Source of the DNA: Candidatus Saccharimonadia bacterium
GTDB lineage: Bacteria > Pseudomonadota > Gammaproteobacteria > Xanthomonadales > Ahniellaceae
Direction of reading: 5' to 3'
DNA: 29,546 nt
NCBI GenBank assembly: GCA_035536495.1
Contig: DATLNY010000127.1
Coordinates: 1-29,546, forward strand
Part shown: positions 8,814 through 16,761 of the stretch, piece by piece
Numbering within the stretch: position 1 is the stretch's first letter
Layout of the letters: each line of letters opens with the position of its first letter
Position numbers and translations under genes: made by a program
Notes under the pieces: model-generated
The model's input: the letters and a program-made list of their open reading frames with translations, nothing else
The model's database searches: none
What the model was told of the DNA's origin: nothing

Positions 8814-9296
8814 TCAGTCACGGAAATTGTCGAACTGCAGCGGCACCTCGAGCTCGGCCGAGCGCAGCAGCGCCATCGCCTGCTGCAGGTCGTCGCGCTT
8901 CTTGCCGGTCACGCGCAGCTTCTCGCCCTGGATCTGCGTCTCGACCTTGAGCTTCGCGCCCTTGATTGCCGCGACGATCTTCTTCGCGACCGCCTGCTCG
9001 ATGCCCTGCCTGATCGTGATCTTCTGCCTCGCGCGCGCGAGGTTGACCTCGGGCTCGCCGGCCTCCATCGCGCGCACGTCGATGCGCCGCGCCGCGAGCC
9101 GGCCGCGCAGGATCTCGAGCATCTGCTTGAGCTGGAAATCCGACGGCGCGGTCTGCGTGACGATGTAGCCGTCGAGCACGTACGCGGCGTCGGTGCCGCG
9201 GAAATCGAAACGGCTCGACAGCTCGCGGTTGGCCTGGTCGATCGCGTTCGTGAGCTCGTGCGTGTCGACTTCCGAAACGATGTCGAACGAAGGCAT
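8814..9296 (-). CDS. yajQ: YajQ family nucleotide / c-di-GMP-binding protein
   Basis: MPSFDIVSEVD...RFDFRG...QIQGEKLRVTGKKRDDLQ...LQFDNFRD is the canonical YajQ signature. Confidence 0.95.
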   Translation of the reverse strand: MPSFDIVSEVDTHELTNAIDQANRELSSRFDFRGTDAAYVLDGYIVTQTAPSDFQLKQMLEILRGRLAARRIDVRAMEAGEPEVNLARARQKITIRQGIEQAVAKKIVAAIKGAKLKVETQIQGEKLRVTGKKRDDLQQAMALLRSAELEVPLQFDNFRD

Positions 9297-9340
9297 GGAC
9301 GGTCCCGCGGAATCGTGGGGCGCGATGTTAGCGCGGCGAT

Positions 9341-9877
9341 TCAGACCGCGCGCCGCAACGCCTCGCTGCGCGCGGCCATCGCGACGCCGATCGCGGTCCA
9401 GTCGGCGTCGACACGATCGAGCCGCGGGAACAGGTCGTGCTCCTCCTCGCGCACGTGGTGCGCGACGCAGGCCTCGAGCGCCCCGATCGCGGTGTCGAAC
9501 GCGCCGGCGTCGGTGCCCGTAGCGGTCAGCTCCCCGATCCGCGCGCGGATGTCGTCGTGCTCGTGGCGCGCATGCCGCACCTCGGGGTCGAGCGCCGTCG
9601 CGCGTTCCACCGCGGGATAGAACAGCTCCTCCTCGACCTGCATGTGGATCTCGAGCGCTTGTGCGATCCGCCGCGCGGTGTCGAGCCGAAGCTCGGGATC
9701 GCGGCCCGAGTTCACCGCCCCGAACATCGCCTCGACCGCACGATGCTCGGCGGTCAGGAGCGACACCGCGTGCATCGCCTGGGGATCGAGCGTCGCGACG
9801 GATGCGCCGCTGTGCGGCGTCTGCGCGGCGGGACGGCCGGCATTTCCGAGCTCTTCCGGTTTTTCTGGCAGCGGCAT
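9341..9877 (-). CDS. Hemerythrin-domain (HHE) protein
   Basis: LTAEH, IHMQVEEELFYP, HEH, HHVREEEHDLFP ligand pattern; AAGGAG RBS before ATG 9877. Confidence 0.85.
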   Translation of the reverse strand: MPLPEKPEELGNAGRPAAQTPHSGASVATLDPQAMHAVSLLTAEHRAVEAMFGAVNSGRDPELRLDTARRIAQALEIHMQVEEELFYPAVERATALDPEVRHARHEHDDIRARIGELTATGTDAGAFDTAIGALEACVAHHVREEEHDLFPRLDRVDADWTAIGVAMAARSEALRRAV

Positions 9878-9968
9878 TGCACGACTCCTTGCGCTTGTCG
9901 ACCCGGCGTTGTCGACTCGGTGTGTTCGAACCTGCTTTGCAACGAGCGTGCCGCGGTCGCCGGGCCTG

Positions 9969-10625
9969 CTACTGGTCGAGGAACGGCAGGATCCGGATCG
10001 GGCGTGCCGCAAGCTCGATCTCGCGGTAAAGCGAGAGGTCGGGCTCGCGCATCACGATGACGCGCCCCTCGCGGTCGGGCACGAGCACGCGCTCGCCCGA
10101 GCCGCGCAGTGTCACGCCGCCGGTCTCGTCGTCGGCAAAGCGGAACTCGACGCCGCGCACGCGCGAGCGGGCGCGCTGCTGCACGAGCAGCGCGTCGGCC
10201 TCGGTGAGCGCGGTTTCGACATCGGCGGTCCGCACGATCGCGCCGCTCGGCTGGTGCAGCTCGACGCTGATCGTCAGCGTCAGCGATCCCTCGGGCTGGT
10301 TCGTCTCGACGACGGGATTCTCCGCGAGCAGCGCATCGTCCAGCGGCAGCGCGATCGTGCCGTCGTCGCCGACCGGAACCTCGATGCGTCCGCGCCGCGC
10401 GCGGATCGCGATGCCGATCGCGCGCGGCGCGACGCCGTCGCGCTTGCTCTCGATCCGCTGCACCGCGCGGAGCCTCGGGTACGCCGCGACCTCGCCCGCG
10501 GCGCCGAGCGCGCGGTGGATCACGGCGTATTCGATCTCGGCGGCGCGCACGACGCGCGCGTCGGCGATCGCGAGCGCGAGCGCGAGCGCGAGCAAGAGGC
10601 CTGCACCGATGCGCGGAGTCGACAT
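9969..10625 (-). CDS. Secreted hypothetical protein (DUF2987-like)
   Basis: Signal peptide (GAGLLLALALAIADA) and motif DGTIALPLDDALLAENPVVETNQPEG. The DUF assignment is from recall only. Confidence 0.65.
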   Translation of the reverse strand: MSTPRIGAGLLLALALALAIADARVVRAAEIEYAVIHRALGAAGEVAAYPRLRAVQRIESKRDGVAPRAIGIAIRARRGRIEVPVGDDGTIALPLDDALLAENPVVETNQPEGSLTLTISVELHQPSGAIVRTADVETALTEADALLVQQRARSRVRGVEFRFADDETGGVTLRGSGERVLVPDREGRVIVMREPDLSLYREIELAARPIRILPFLDQ

Positions 10626-10653
10626 GGACGAGGGGTCCCGATCGAAGGCTCGC

Positions 10654-10677
10654 ATTATGCCGCGCGGAGGTTATGAT
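10654..10677. promoter_or_regulatory. Back-to-back -10 elements for the divergent genes
   Basis: CATAAT on the minus strand (10654-10659) and TATGAT on the plus strand (10672-10677). Confidence 0.45.
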
Positions 10678-10713
10678 CCGCGCGGGCCCGTGTGGACGGG
10701 GACGAGGCACGAC

Positions 10714-11739
10714 ATGGCGCGCAGCCGCGGCATCGCAGAACCGTCCGCGCGCCCCGCCGACGAACCGGTCGTGCGCGCGCTGCTGCCGCGCCAGCTTTCG
10801 GACCCGGAGCTCGTGGTGTTCTCGCACGCGGGCGCGAAGCGCAACGTCGAGCGCGGCGAGCTGATCTTCCGCCGCGGCGAGCTCGGGCGCAGCATGTTCG
10901 TGATCGGGGACGGCCAGATCCGCCTCGAGTTCGGCAACGGCCTGTCCGACAAGGTGATCGGCGCGCGCGAATTCTTCGGCGAGCTCGCGCTGTTCATCGG
11001 CAACCACGCGCGCGTCGCGAGCGCGGTCGCGGTCGAGCGCTCGACCCTCTACGTCATCGAGCACGCCGCGTTCGAGCGGCTCCTCGGGCGCGAGCCCGGG
11101 CTGCTCGCGGCGTTCATGGTGCGCTCGTTCGCGTATCTCGTCGCGAGCGAACAGCAGCTGATCGCGAGCCTCAAGCGCCGCAACGAGGACCTGCTCGTCA
11201 CGATCGACTCGCTGCGCCAGACGCAATCGCAGCTGTCGGCGGCCGAGCGGCTCGTGCAGACCGACGAGCTGACCGGCCTGTGCAACCGGCGCGGCCTCTA
11301 CGGCTATCTCGATCGCCTCGCCGAGCAGCGCGTGCCCGGCACGCGGATCGGCCTGCTGCTCGTCGACATCGATCGCTTCAAGCAGATCAACGACAGCCAC
11401 GGCCACCTGATGGGCGACCAGGTGCTCCGCGCGATCTCGCAGGAAGTGCAGCAGGCGTGCTCGGCGTGCGACCTGCCGTGCCGGCTCGGCGGCGACGAGT
11501 TCGCGGTGCTCGCGCAGGTCGGCGACGCGGACGAGCTCGAGCTGCGGGCAGCGCAGCTCGTGCAGGGCGTGCGCTCGCTGCGGTTTCCGGAGCCGTTCCA
11601 GGACCTGCGCGTGACCGTCAGCGTCGGCGGCGCGCTCTGCGCGGAGTCCGGCGACTGGTCGGACTGGTACTCGACCGCCGACGTCTCCCTCTACCAGTCC
11701 AAGGGGACCGGCGGCGACGGATGGCGCGCCGATCGCTGA
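10714..11739 (+). CDS. cNMP-binding domain / GGDEF diguanylate cyclase
   Basis: cNMP domain with phosphate-binding cassette FFGELALF...HARVASA, coiled-coil linker, then TDELTGLCNRR, DIDRFKQINDSHGHLMGD and RLGGDEF. Start at ATG 10714 (GAGG RBS); the upstream part of the 10057 ORF is antisense to the neighbouring gene. Confidence 0.92.
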   Translation: MARSRGIAEPSARPADEPVVRALLPRQLSDPELVVFSHAGAKRNVERGELIFRRGELGRSMFVIGDGQIRLEFGNGLSDKVIGAREFFGELALFIGNHARVASAVAVERSTLYVIEHAAFERLLGREPGLLAAFMVRSFAYLVASEQQLIASLKRRNEDLLVTIDSLRQTQSQLSAAERLVQTDELTGLCNRRGLYGYLDRLAEQRVPGTRIGLLLVDIDRFKQINDSHGHLMGDQVLRAISQEVQQACSACDLPCRLGGDEFAVLAQVGDADELELRAAQLVQGVRSLRFPEPFQDLRVTVSVGGALCAESGDWSDWYSTADVSLYQSKGTGGDGWRADR

Positions 11740-11780
11740 GGATGCGCGGCCGGGCGGCGCGAAGGCGGCGTGCGACCCCG

Positions 11781-11853
11781 AGGCGTCATCCGGCTCGAGC
11801 CGGGATCCCGCGCCTCGAGTTCACTGGACCCCGGCTTGCGCCGGGCTGACGCC
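11781..11853. repeat. Degenerate REP-like doublet, same family as 5071-5159
   Basis: aggcgtcatccggctcgagccgggatcc ... ggaccccggcttgcgccgggctgacgcc. Confidence 0.7.
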
Positions 11854-11937
11854 GTTGTGGGTCAGGGCTGTGGCGCGGCGCGCGACCTTCACCCACAATG
11901 TCCCTGATCCGCTGCGGGCGGGACAAGGCCGCACAAG

Positions 11938-14607
11938 TTGAGCGCTGCGATCGCACCACTGGGTACTCCCGCGGCGCGCCCCGTGCCGGCGCCCGCGCTG
12001 CGCACGCTCGTCGTCTGCGACTTGGTCGACTCGACCGCGCTCGTCGAGCGCATCGGCGACGCGCGCGCGCTCGCGCTGTTCCGCCGGCACGACCGCGCCG
12101 CGCGCGACCTCATCGCGAAGCGCCGCGGCCAGGAGATCGACAAGACCGACGGCTTTCTGCTGCTGTTCGACCGCCCGATCGAGGCGCTCGCGTTCGCGCT
12201 CGAATACCAGCGGCTGTTGCGCGAGCTCAGTCGCGACGAGCAGGTCGCGCTGAAGGCGCGCGTCGGCGTGCACGTCGGCGAAGTCGTCGTGTTCGAGAAC
12301 GCCGACGACGACGTGTCGCGCGGCGCGAAGCGCGTCGAGGTCGAGGGGCTCGTCAAGCCGGTCGCCGCGCGGCTGATGGGGCTTGCCCTGCCCGGCCAGG
12401 TGCTCGTCTCGGGCGTGCTGTTCGGCCTCACCCAGCGCGCCGATCCGGAGCTGCGCGCGGCATTCCCCGGCTTCGTCTGGAAATCGCACGGCCGCTACGC
12501 GTTCAAGGGCGTGCCTGCGCCGATGCAGGTCTACGAGATCGGCGAGCGGCCCGGCGCGCCGATGCTGAAGCCGGTGTCGACCGACAAGGCGTGGCGCGCG
12601 CGCCCGCTGTGGCTGCGCCCGCGTGCGCTGCTCGCCGAGCTCGCGGTCATCGTATTCGCGAGCGCGGTGGTCCTCTACGTCATGACGCGCACCGAGCCCG
12701 CGATCGCGTTCGCCGAGCGCGACTGGGTCGTGCTCGGCCACCTGCGCAACCTCACGAGCGAGCCTGTCTTCGACGGCTCGCTCGAGACGGCGTTGCGGAT
12801 CAGCCTCGACCAGTCACGCCACGTCAACCTCGTCCCGGAGCTCTCGACACGCCGCACGCTCGCGCGCATGCGCCGCCCCGAGGACGCCGTCGTCGACCGC
12901 GAGCTCGGCTCCGAGATCGCGGTGCGCGAAGGCGCCCGCGCGCTGATCCTGCCGACGATCGCCGAGGTCGGCGGGCGGCTGCGCGTCAGCCTCGAGGTCG
13001 TCGATCCCGCGACGCAGGCGACGGTCTATGCCGAGACGGCCGACGGCACAGGCCTCGATTCGGCGCTCGAATCGGTCGACACGGTCGCCGAGCGCCTGCG
13101 CGCGCGGCTCGGCGAGGCGACCGCCTCGATCGAGCGCGATTCGGCGCCGCTGCCGCAGGTGACGACCGCGAACCTCGATGCGTTGCGTGCGTACGCGCTC
13201 GCCGTGCAGCAGCAGGCGCGCAGCCGCTTCGACGAGGCGATCGCGCTCTACCGCCGCGCGCTCGAGCTCGATCCCGAATTCGCGCTCGCCGAAATGGGCC
13301 TCGCGCGGATCCACTTCAATGCGGACCAGTTCGCCGAGTCGCGTGTCTACCTCGATCGCGCGCTCGCCCACCGCGCGCGCCTGACGGCGCGCGATCGTGC
13401 GTATCTCGACGCGTGGCGGCACAACTTCGGCAACCCCGCCGACGCGATACGGCAGTGGCGGCTGATGTCGCAGATGTACCCCGACTATTTCGGCGCGCAC
13501 TACAACTACGCGTACCACGCGAGCCGCGCGGACACGCGCTATGCCGAAGCGCTCGAGGCGGCGGTCCGCGCGACCGACGAGCGCAACTCGTTCATCGCGT
13601 CGGCGTGGTACCTGCGCGGCGCGCTCGCGCTCGTGCTCGATCGCCACGACGACGCGCGTAGCGCGTTCGAGCATGCGATCGCGAACGGTGTCGGCGGCAC
13701 CGTGCTGCAGATCGCGCTCGCCCATGCGGCGCGGCGCGACTGGAGCGCGGCCGACCGACACATGTCGACCGCCGACCCGTCGGGCCTCTCCGCCGTCGAC
13801 GTGTTCGACCGCCGCGGGGAGATCTTGCGCGCGCTCGACCACGGCGACCTCGCCTCGGCCCGCGCTGCTGCGCTTCGAATCGCGCCCGAGGCCGCCGCGA
13901 TCTCGACGCTGCACGGCGACGTGTTCGAGACGAGCGCGGTTTCGCTCGACGCGCTCGCGCCGAGCGATGCCGGATCGGCGCGCCTCGAAGCGCTGCTCGA
14001 TCGCCAGCTCGCCGCGCTCGCGCGCCGCGACGGGCCGGGCAGCAGCGATGCCGCGTTCGCGATCGCCTACCTCGGCTATCTCGCGGCGCGCTCCGACCGG
14101 CCGATGCTCGCGCGCCGCGCGCTCGCGAGCGCCGCGGCGTCGCCCACCGATTTCGCCTACCCGAACGCCGAGCGCATGCTCGCGATCGTGCGCGCGCAGC
14201 TCGCGCTCGCCGATGGCGACGCCGACGCCGCGCACCGACATCTCGCGCCGCAGCTGCGCGGCGAGCCGCTCTACCTCGCGCACCGCGTATCGCTCGAGGC
14301 GTGGGCGGCAGCGGGCGACGCGAAGCGCGCGCTCGAGGAAGCGGCGTGGCTCGTGTCGCACCGTGGACGCGCGTACGGCGAGACGGTCGCGCTCGCGGCG
14401 CCGGTCACGCTCAACGTCGCCGAGGCGACGCTCGCGCACCTGCGTGCGGCGGAGCTCGCGCTCGCGATCGGCGATCGCGAACGCGCATCGAGCGAGCTCG
14501 CCGAGTTCGACCGAGCATGGCCTGCTGCGAAGACCGAGCCCGCGTGGTCGGACCGGCGCGAGTCGCTACGCGCGCGCGTCGCCGGAAGCGGCACCGCGGC
14601 GCGCTGA
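11938..14607 (+). CDS. Class III nucleotidyl cyclase - TM - TPR protein ('putative peptide modification system cyclase'-type)
   Basis: N-terminal CDLVDST, GQEIDKTDGFLLLF, RVGVHVGEV and VAARLM cyclase motifs; one TM helix (ALLAELAVIVFASAVVLYVM); alpha/beta domain (DWVVLGHLRNLTSEPVFD); TPR repeats (FDEAIALYRRALELDPEFALA). TTG start is uncertain. Confidence 0.88.
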   Translation: MSAAIAPLGTPAARPVPAPALRTLVVCDLVDSTALVERIGDARALALFRRHDRAARDLIAKRRGQEIDKTDGFLLLFDRPIEALAFALEYQRLLRELSRDEQVALKARVGVHVGEVVVFENADDDVSRGAKRVEVEGLVKPVAARLMGLALPGQVLVSGVLFGLTQRADPELRAAFPGFVWKSHGRYAFKGVPAPMQVYEIGERPGAPMLKPVSTDKAWRARPLWLRPRALLAELAVIVFASAVVLYVMTRTEPAIAFAERDWVVLGHLRNLTSEPVFDGSLETALRISLDQSRHVNLVPELSTRRTLARMRRPEDAVVDRELGSEIAVREGARALILPTIAEVGGRLRVSLEVVDPATQATVYAETADGTGLDSALESVDTVAERLRARLGEATASIERDSAPLPQVTTANLDALRAYALAVQQQARSRFDEAIALYRRALELDPEFALAEMGLARIHFNADQFAESRVYLDRALAHRARLTARDRAYLDAWRHNFGNPADAIRQWRLMSQMYPDYFGAHYNYAYHASRADTRYAEALEAAVRATDERNSFIASAWYLRGALALVLDRHDDARSAFEHAIANGVGGTVLQIALAHAARRDWSAADRHMSTADPSGLSAVDVFDRRGEILRALDHGDLASARAAALRIAPEAAAISTLHGDVFETSAVSLDALAPSDAGSARLEALLDRQLAALARRDGPGSSDAAFAIAYLGYLAARSDRPMLARRALASAAASPTDFAYPNAERMLAIVRAQLALADGDADAAHRHLAPQLRGEPLYLAHRVSLEAWAAAGDAKRALEEAAWLVSHRGRAYGETVALAAPVTLNVAEATLAHLRAAELALAIGDRERASSELAEFDRAWPAAKTEPAWSDRRESLRARVAGSGTAAR

Positions 14608-14673
14608 TCCGGTCATCATCGATCCGGTGATCGTCGACGGAGCGCGGCGATCGGCGTCTCCTCTCGCGGCGGC

Positions 14674-15867
14674 TCAACGATCGCGGGCGTCCGGCTCCAC
14701 CGGCCACGCGCGCGCGAGCGGATCGAATTCCGCGGTCGTCATCGCGTCGGCGCGCCTTCCGAAGCCGCAGACGGCGATGACGCCCTGCTCGAGCGGATCG
14801 AGCCCGAATGCAGCCTCGAGCTCGACTTCGTTGATCGCCGCCGTCACGAACGCGCCGATCCCGCGCTCGGCGCACGCGAGGTAAAGCGTCTGCACGATGC
14901 AACCCGCTTCGAGCAGGATCACGCGGTACGCCTTCGCGTGGTTGCGGTACTTCCAGAAGCAGCGTTCGAACCGCGCGGCGAGCACGACGAGCACGTCGGC
15001 ATCGGCCAGGAACGCCTGTCCAGCGACCGCGGTCGTTGCGAGCGCGTCGATCGGCGCCGAGCCCGCTTCGACCGGCTCCAGCGCGTGCGCGACCGGGTGA
15101 TAGTGGTACAGCCCGGCCGCGAGTCCTTCGATACGCCGCACGATCAGATACGCCTCGACCGGATGCAGCCCACCGCCCGAGGGCGTGTTCTTCTTGAGGA
15201 ACGCATGCCCGGGCTCGATCTCGACCGATGCGTGCGCGCGCAGCGTCCGATCGACGACGCGCGCGAAGTCGGCGGCCGAGAGCGCACCGCGGGTGGCGAA
15301 ATTCCGGCAGGTCGCGCGCGCGTGCAGCGTCGCGTCGAGCGCGTCGCGCTCGGGCTCGGCGAGCGCGATGCGATCCGCCGCGACGCCGCGCTCGAGCACG
15401 GCGACGGGCGGCGGTCCGAAGCGCTCGATCAGCTCGGCGAGCGATCGGGGCTGCGCGGCGAGATCGGCAGGCGTCCCGACGCCGCGCCAGCGCGAATACG
15501 CGTGCGCGACCGCCGAGAGCGGGCGCCAGTGCTGCGCGCGCTGGCGCGCGTCGAGGTCCGCAACGGCGGGATCGACGAACGATTCGCCCTCGCGGGCGAC
15601 GACGAGCCCGCACGCGACGAGCCGGTCGAGCGCCGCGCGCTCGTCCGCGTCGAATCGCGAAGCCGGCGACCACGCGTGCACTGGCAATCGCCCGAGCCGC
15701 ACGACGTCGGACTCGTCGAGCTCGTGTTCGCCGCCGAGATGCGGCGCGTACGCGACCCATGTGCGCTCGAACTCGACACCATCCCCGCCGGCGAGCAGCG
15801 CCTCGAGCGCGAAGCGCGGACGCTCGCGGGGTTCGACGAAGAGGCCCGCGCAGCGCCGGTAGTCCAT
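14674..15867 (-). CDS. SagB-like nitroreductase-fold putative peptide maturation dehydrogenase
   Basis: C-terminal SagB motifs RATCRNF, KNTPSGGGLHPVEAY, GLYHYHPVAHALE, FWKYRNHAKAYRVILLEAG; N-terminal extension ending LDRLVACGLVV, resembling a winged-helix RiPP recognition element. Confidence 0.9.
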   Translation of the reverse strand: MDYRRCAGLFVEPRERPRFALEALLAGGDGVEFERTWVAYAPHLGGEHELDESDVVRLGRLPVHAWSPASRFDADERAALDRLVACGLVVAREGESFVDPAVADLDARQRAQHWRPLSAVAHAYSRWRGVGTPADLAAQPRSLAELIERFGPPPVAVLERGVAADRIALAEPERDALDATLHARATCRNFATRGALSAADFARVVDRTLRAHASVEIEPGHAFLKKNTPSGGGLHPVEAYLIVRRIEGLAAGLYHYHPVAHALEPVEAGSAPIDALATTAVAGQAFLADADVLVVLAARFERCFWKYRNHAKAYRVILLEAGCIVQTLYLACAERGIGAFVTAAINEVELEAAFGLDPLEQGVIAVCGFGRRADAMTTAEFDPLARAWPVEPDARDR

Positions 15868-15944
15868 CGGCCGAGGCTATGCATTGTCGCGCCGTTCGGC
15901 AAATCGCTTAGACTTGAGCCCCGGCACAGGGAAGGGAGACCGCG

Positions 15945-16253
15945 ATGGCAACCACGCCGTACCACGTCGAACCGGAAGTCGTCGACAAGCTGCTGCACGA
16001 GCTGTCGACCAACGAAGCGTTCCGCAAGGAGTTCCTCGTCGATTATTTCGGCGCGCTCAAGCGCCTCGGCCACAAGCCGCCGGCCGATCGCCTCGACGGC
16101 CCGCTCTGCAAGGACCCGGATCAGCCGCTAGCGCCGATGAGCGAGATCGCCGCCGCGCGCGAGATGCTGCGCACCGAGTACTCGGCGGGGCTCCAGTTCC
16201 AGCAGAACCTGCTCGTGTCGCCGGTGGGCCGCAAGCGCGACAGCGCGTTCTGA
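15945..16253 (+). CDS. NHLP-related putative RiPP precursor peptide (102 aa)
   Basis: VVDKLLHELSTNEAFRKEFLVDYFGALKRLG matches the nitrile-hydratase-leader pattern (L..L..D..FR..F..DP..AL..G), then LAPMSEIAAAREML. Strong GGAGA RBS and an upstream TAGACT -10; divergent from the dehydrogenase. Confidence 0.85.
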   Translation: MATTPYHVEPEVVDKLLHELSTNEAFRKEFLVDYFGALKRLGHKPPADRLDGPLCKDPDQPLAPMSEIAAAREMLRTEYSAGLQFQQNLLVSPVGRKRDSAF

Positions 16254-16332
16254 CATCGCGCCCCGCTGCGGCGGCGCTCCCGTTCCAACAGGGGCGTGCT
16301 CGAGTCGCGGGTGTGGACTGGCGTGATCTCTG

Positions 16333-16362
16333 CCGTCATTCCCGCGCACGCGGGAATGACGG
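16333..16362. repeat. REP-type hairpin, possibly a terminator between convergent genes
   Basis: ccgtcattcccgc-gcac-gcgggaatgacgg, perfect 13-bp stem, GTCAT(T/C)CCCG family. Confidence 0.75.
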
Positions 16363-16407
16363 GTCGGGGGGTGCAAGCGCCAGGTGACGCGAGCCTGTTC
16401 TGCCCCG

Positions 16408-16662
16408 CTACGCCGGCTTCAGCGCGAACGCCGCCTCGGCGAGCGCCGACGCGTCGCCGAGGAGGAGCTCGCGCACGAAGTCGGCCGCCTCGGCGTGTCG
16501 ATCGTCGGCGACGTGGACTTCGACGAGGCCGAACACCGGCAACTCGCCGATGCCGCCGGCGAGAAAGTCGCCGAACACGAACGCCGGGATCCCGTGGTGC
16601 TCGAGCGCGCCCCTGACGAGGTGCGCGTCGATCGAGTTCTCGGCCTGGTAGACACGGCGCAT
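16408..16662 (-). CDS. DUF2007-like putative signal-transducing small protein
   Basis: MRRVYQAENSIDAHLVRGALEHHGIPAFV...GELP...VEVHV; forms the true 3' end of the long 16408..18618 shadow ORF. Confidence 0.82.
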   Translation of the reverse strand: MRRVYQAENSIDAHLVRGALEHHGIPAFVFGDFLAGGIGELPVFGLVEVHVADDRHAEAADFVRELLLGDASALAEAAFALKPA

Positions 16663-16761
16663 GCGCGGGGACGCGATCGGACGCCTGCGTGGCGGTAAAG
16701 GCCGGGTGGAGCCGTGACCTCCATCACACAACGCGCCGCGCCCCGCTCGCACACTGCGGCC

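Noticed and set aside
9895-9916. Direct repeat TTGTCGAC x2 upstream of the hemerythrin gene
   Set aside because: GTCGAC is very frequent in this sequence, so two copies are weak evidence of an operator.
10057-10713. N-terminal 219 aa of the GGDEF ORF as an extra domain
   Set aside because: Ser/Arg/Ala-rich shadow of the minus-strand secreted protein; a -10 and RBS lie just before ATG 10714.
3568-14607. A complete canonical Pycsar defence operon
   Set aside because: The effector-like gene and the cyclase are about 8 kb apart with housekeeping genes between them, and the cyclase has TM/TPR architecture rather than PycC architecture. Only a speculative trans link is kept.
14674-16253. Classical thiazole/oxazole-modified microcin cluster
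   Set aside because: No YcaO, transporter or immunity gene in the window, and the precursor has no Cys/Ser/Thr-rich core.
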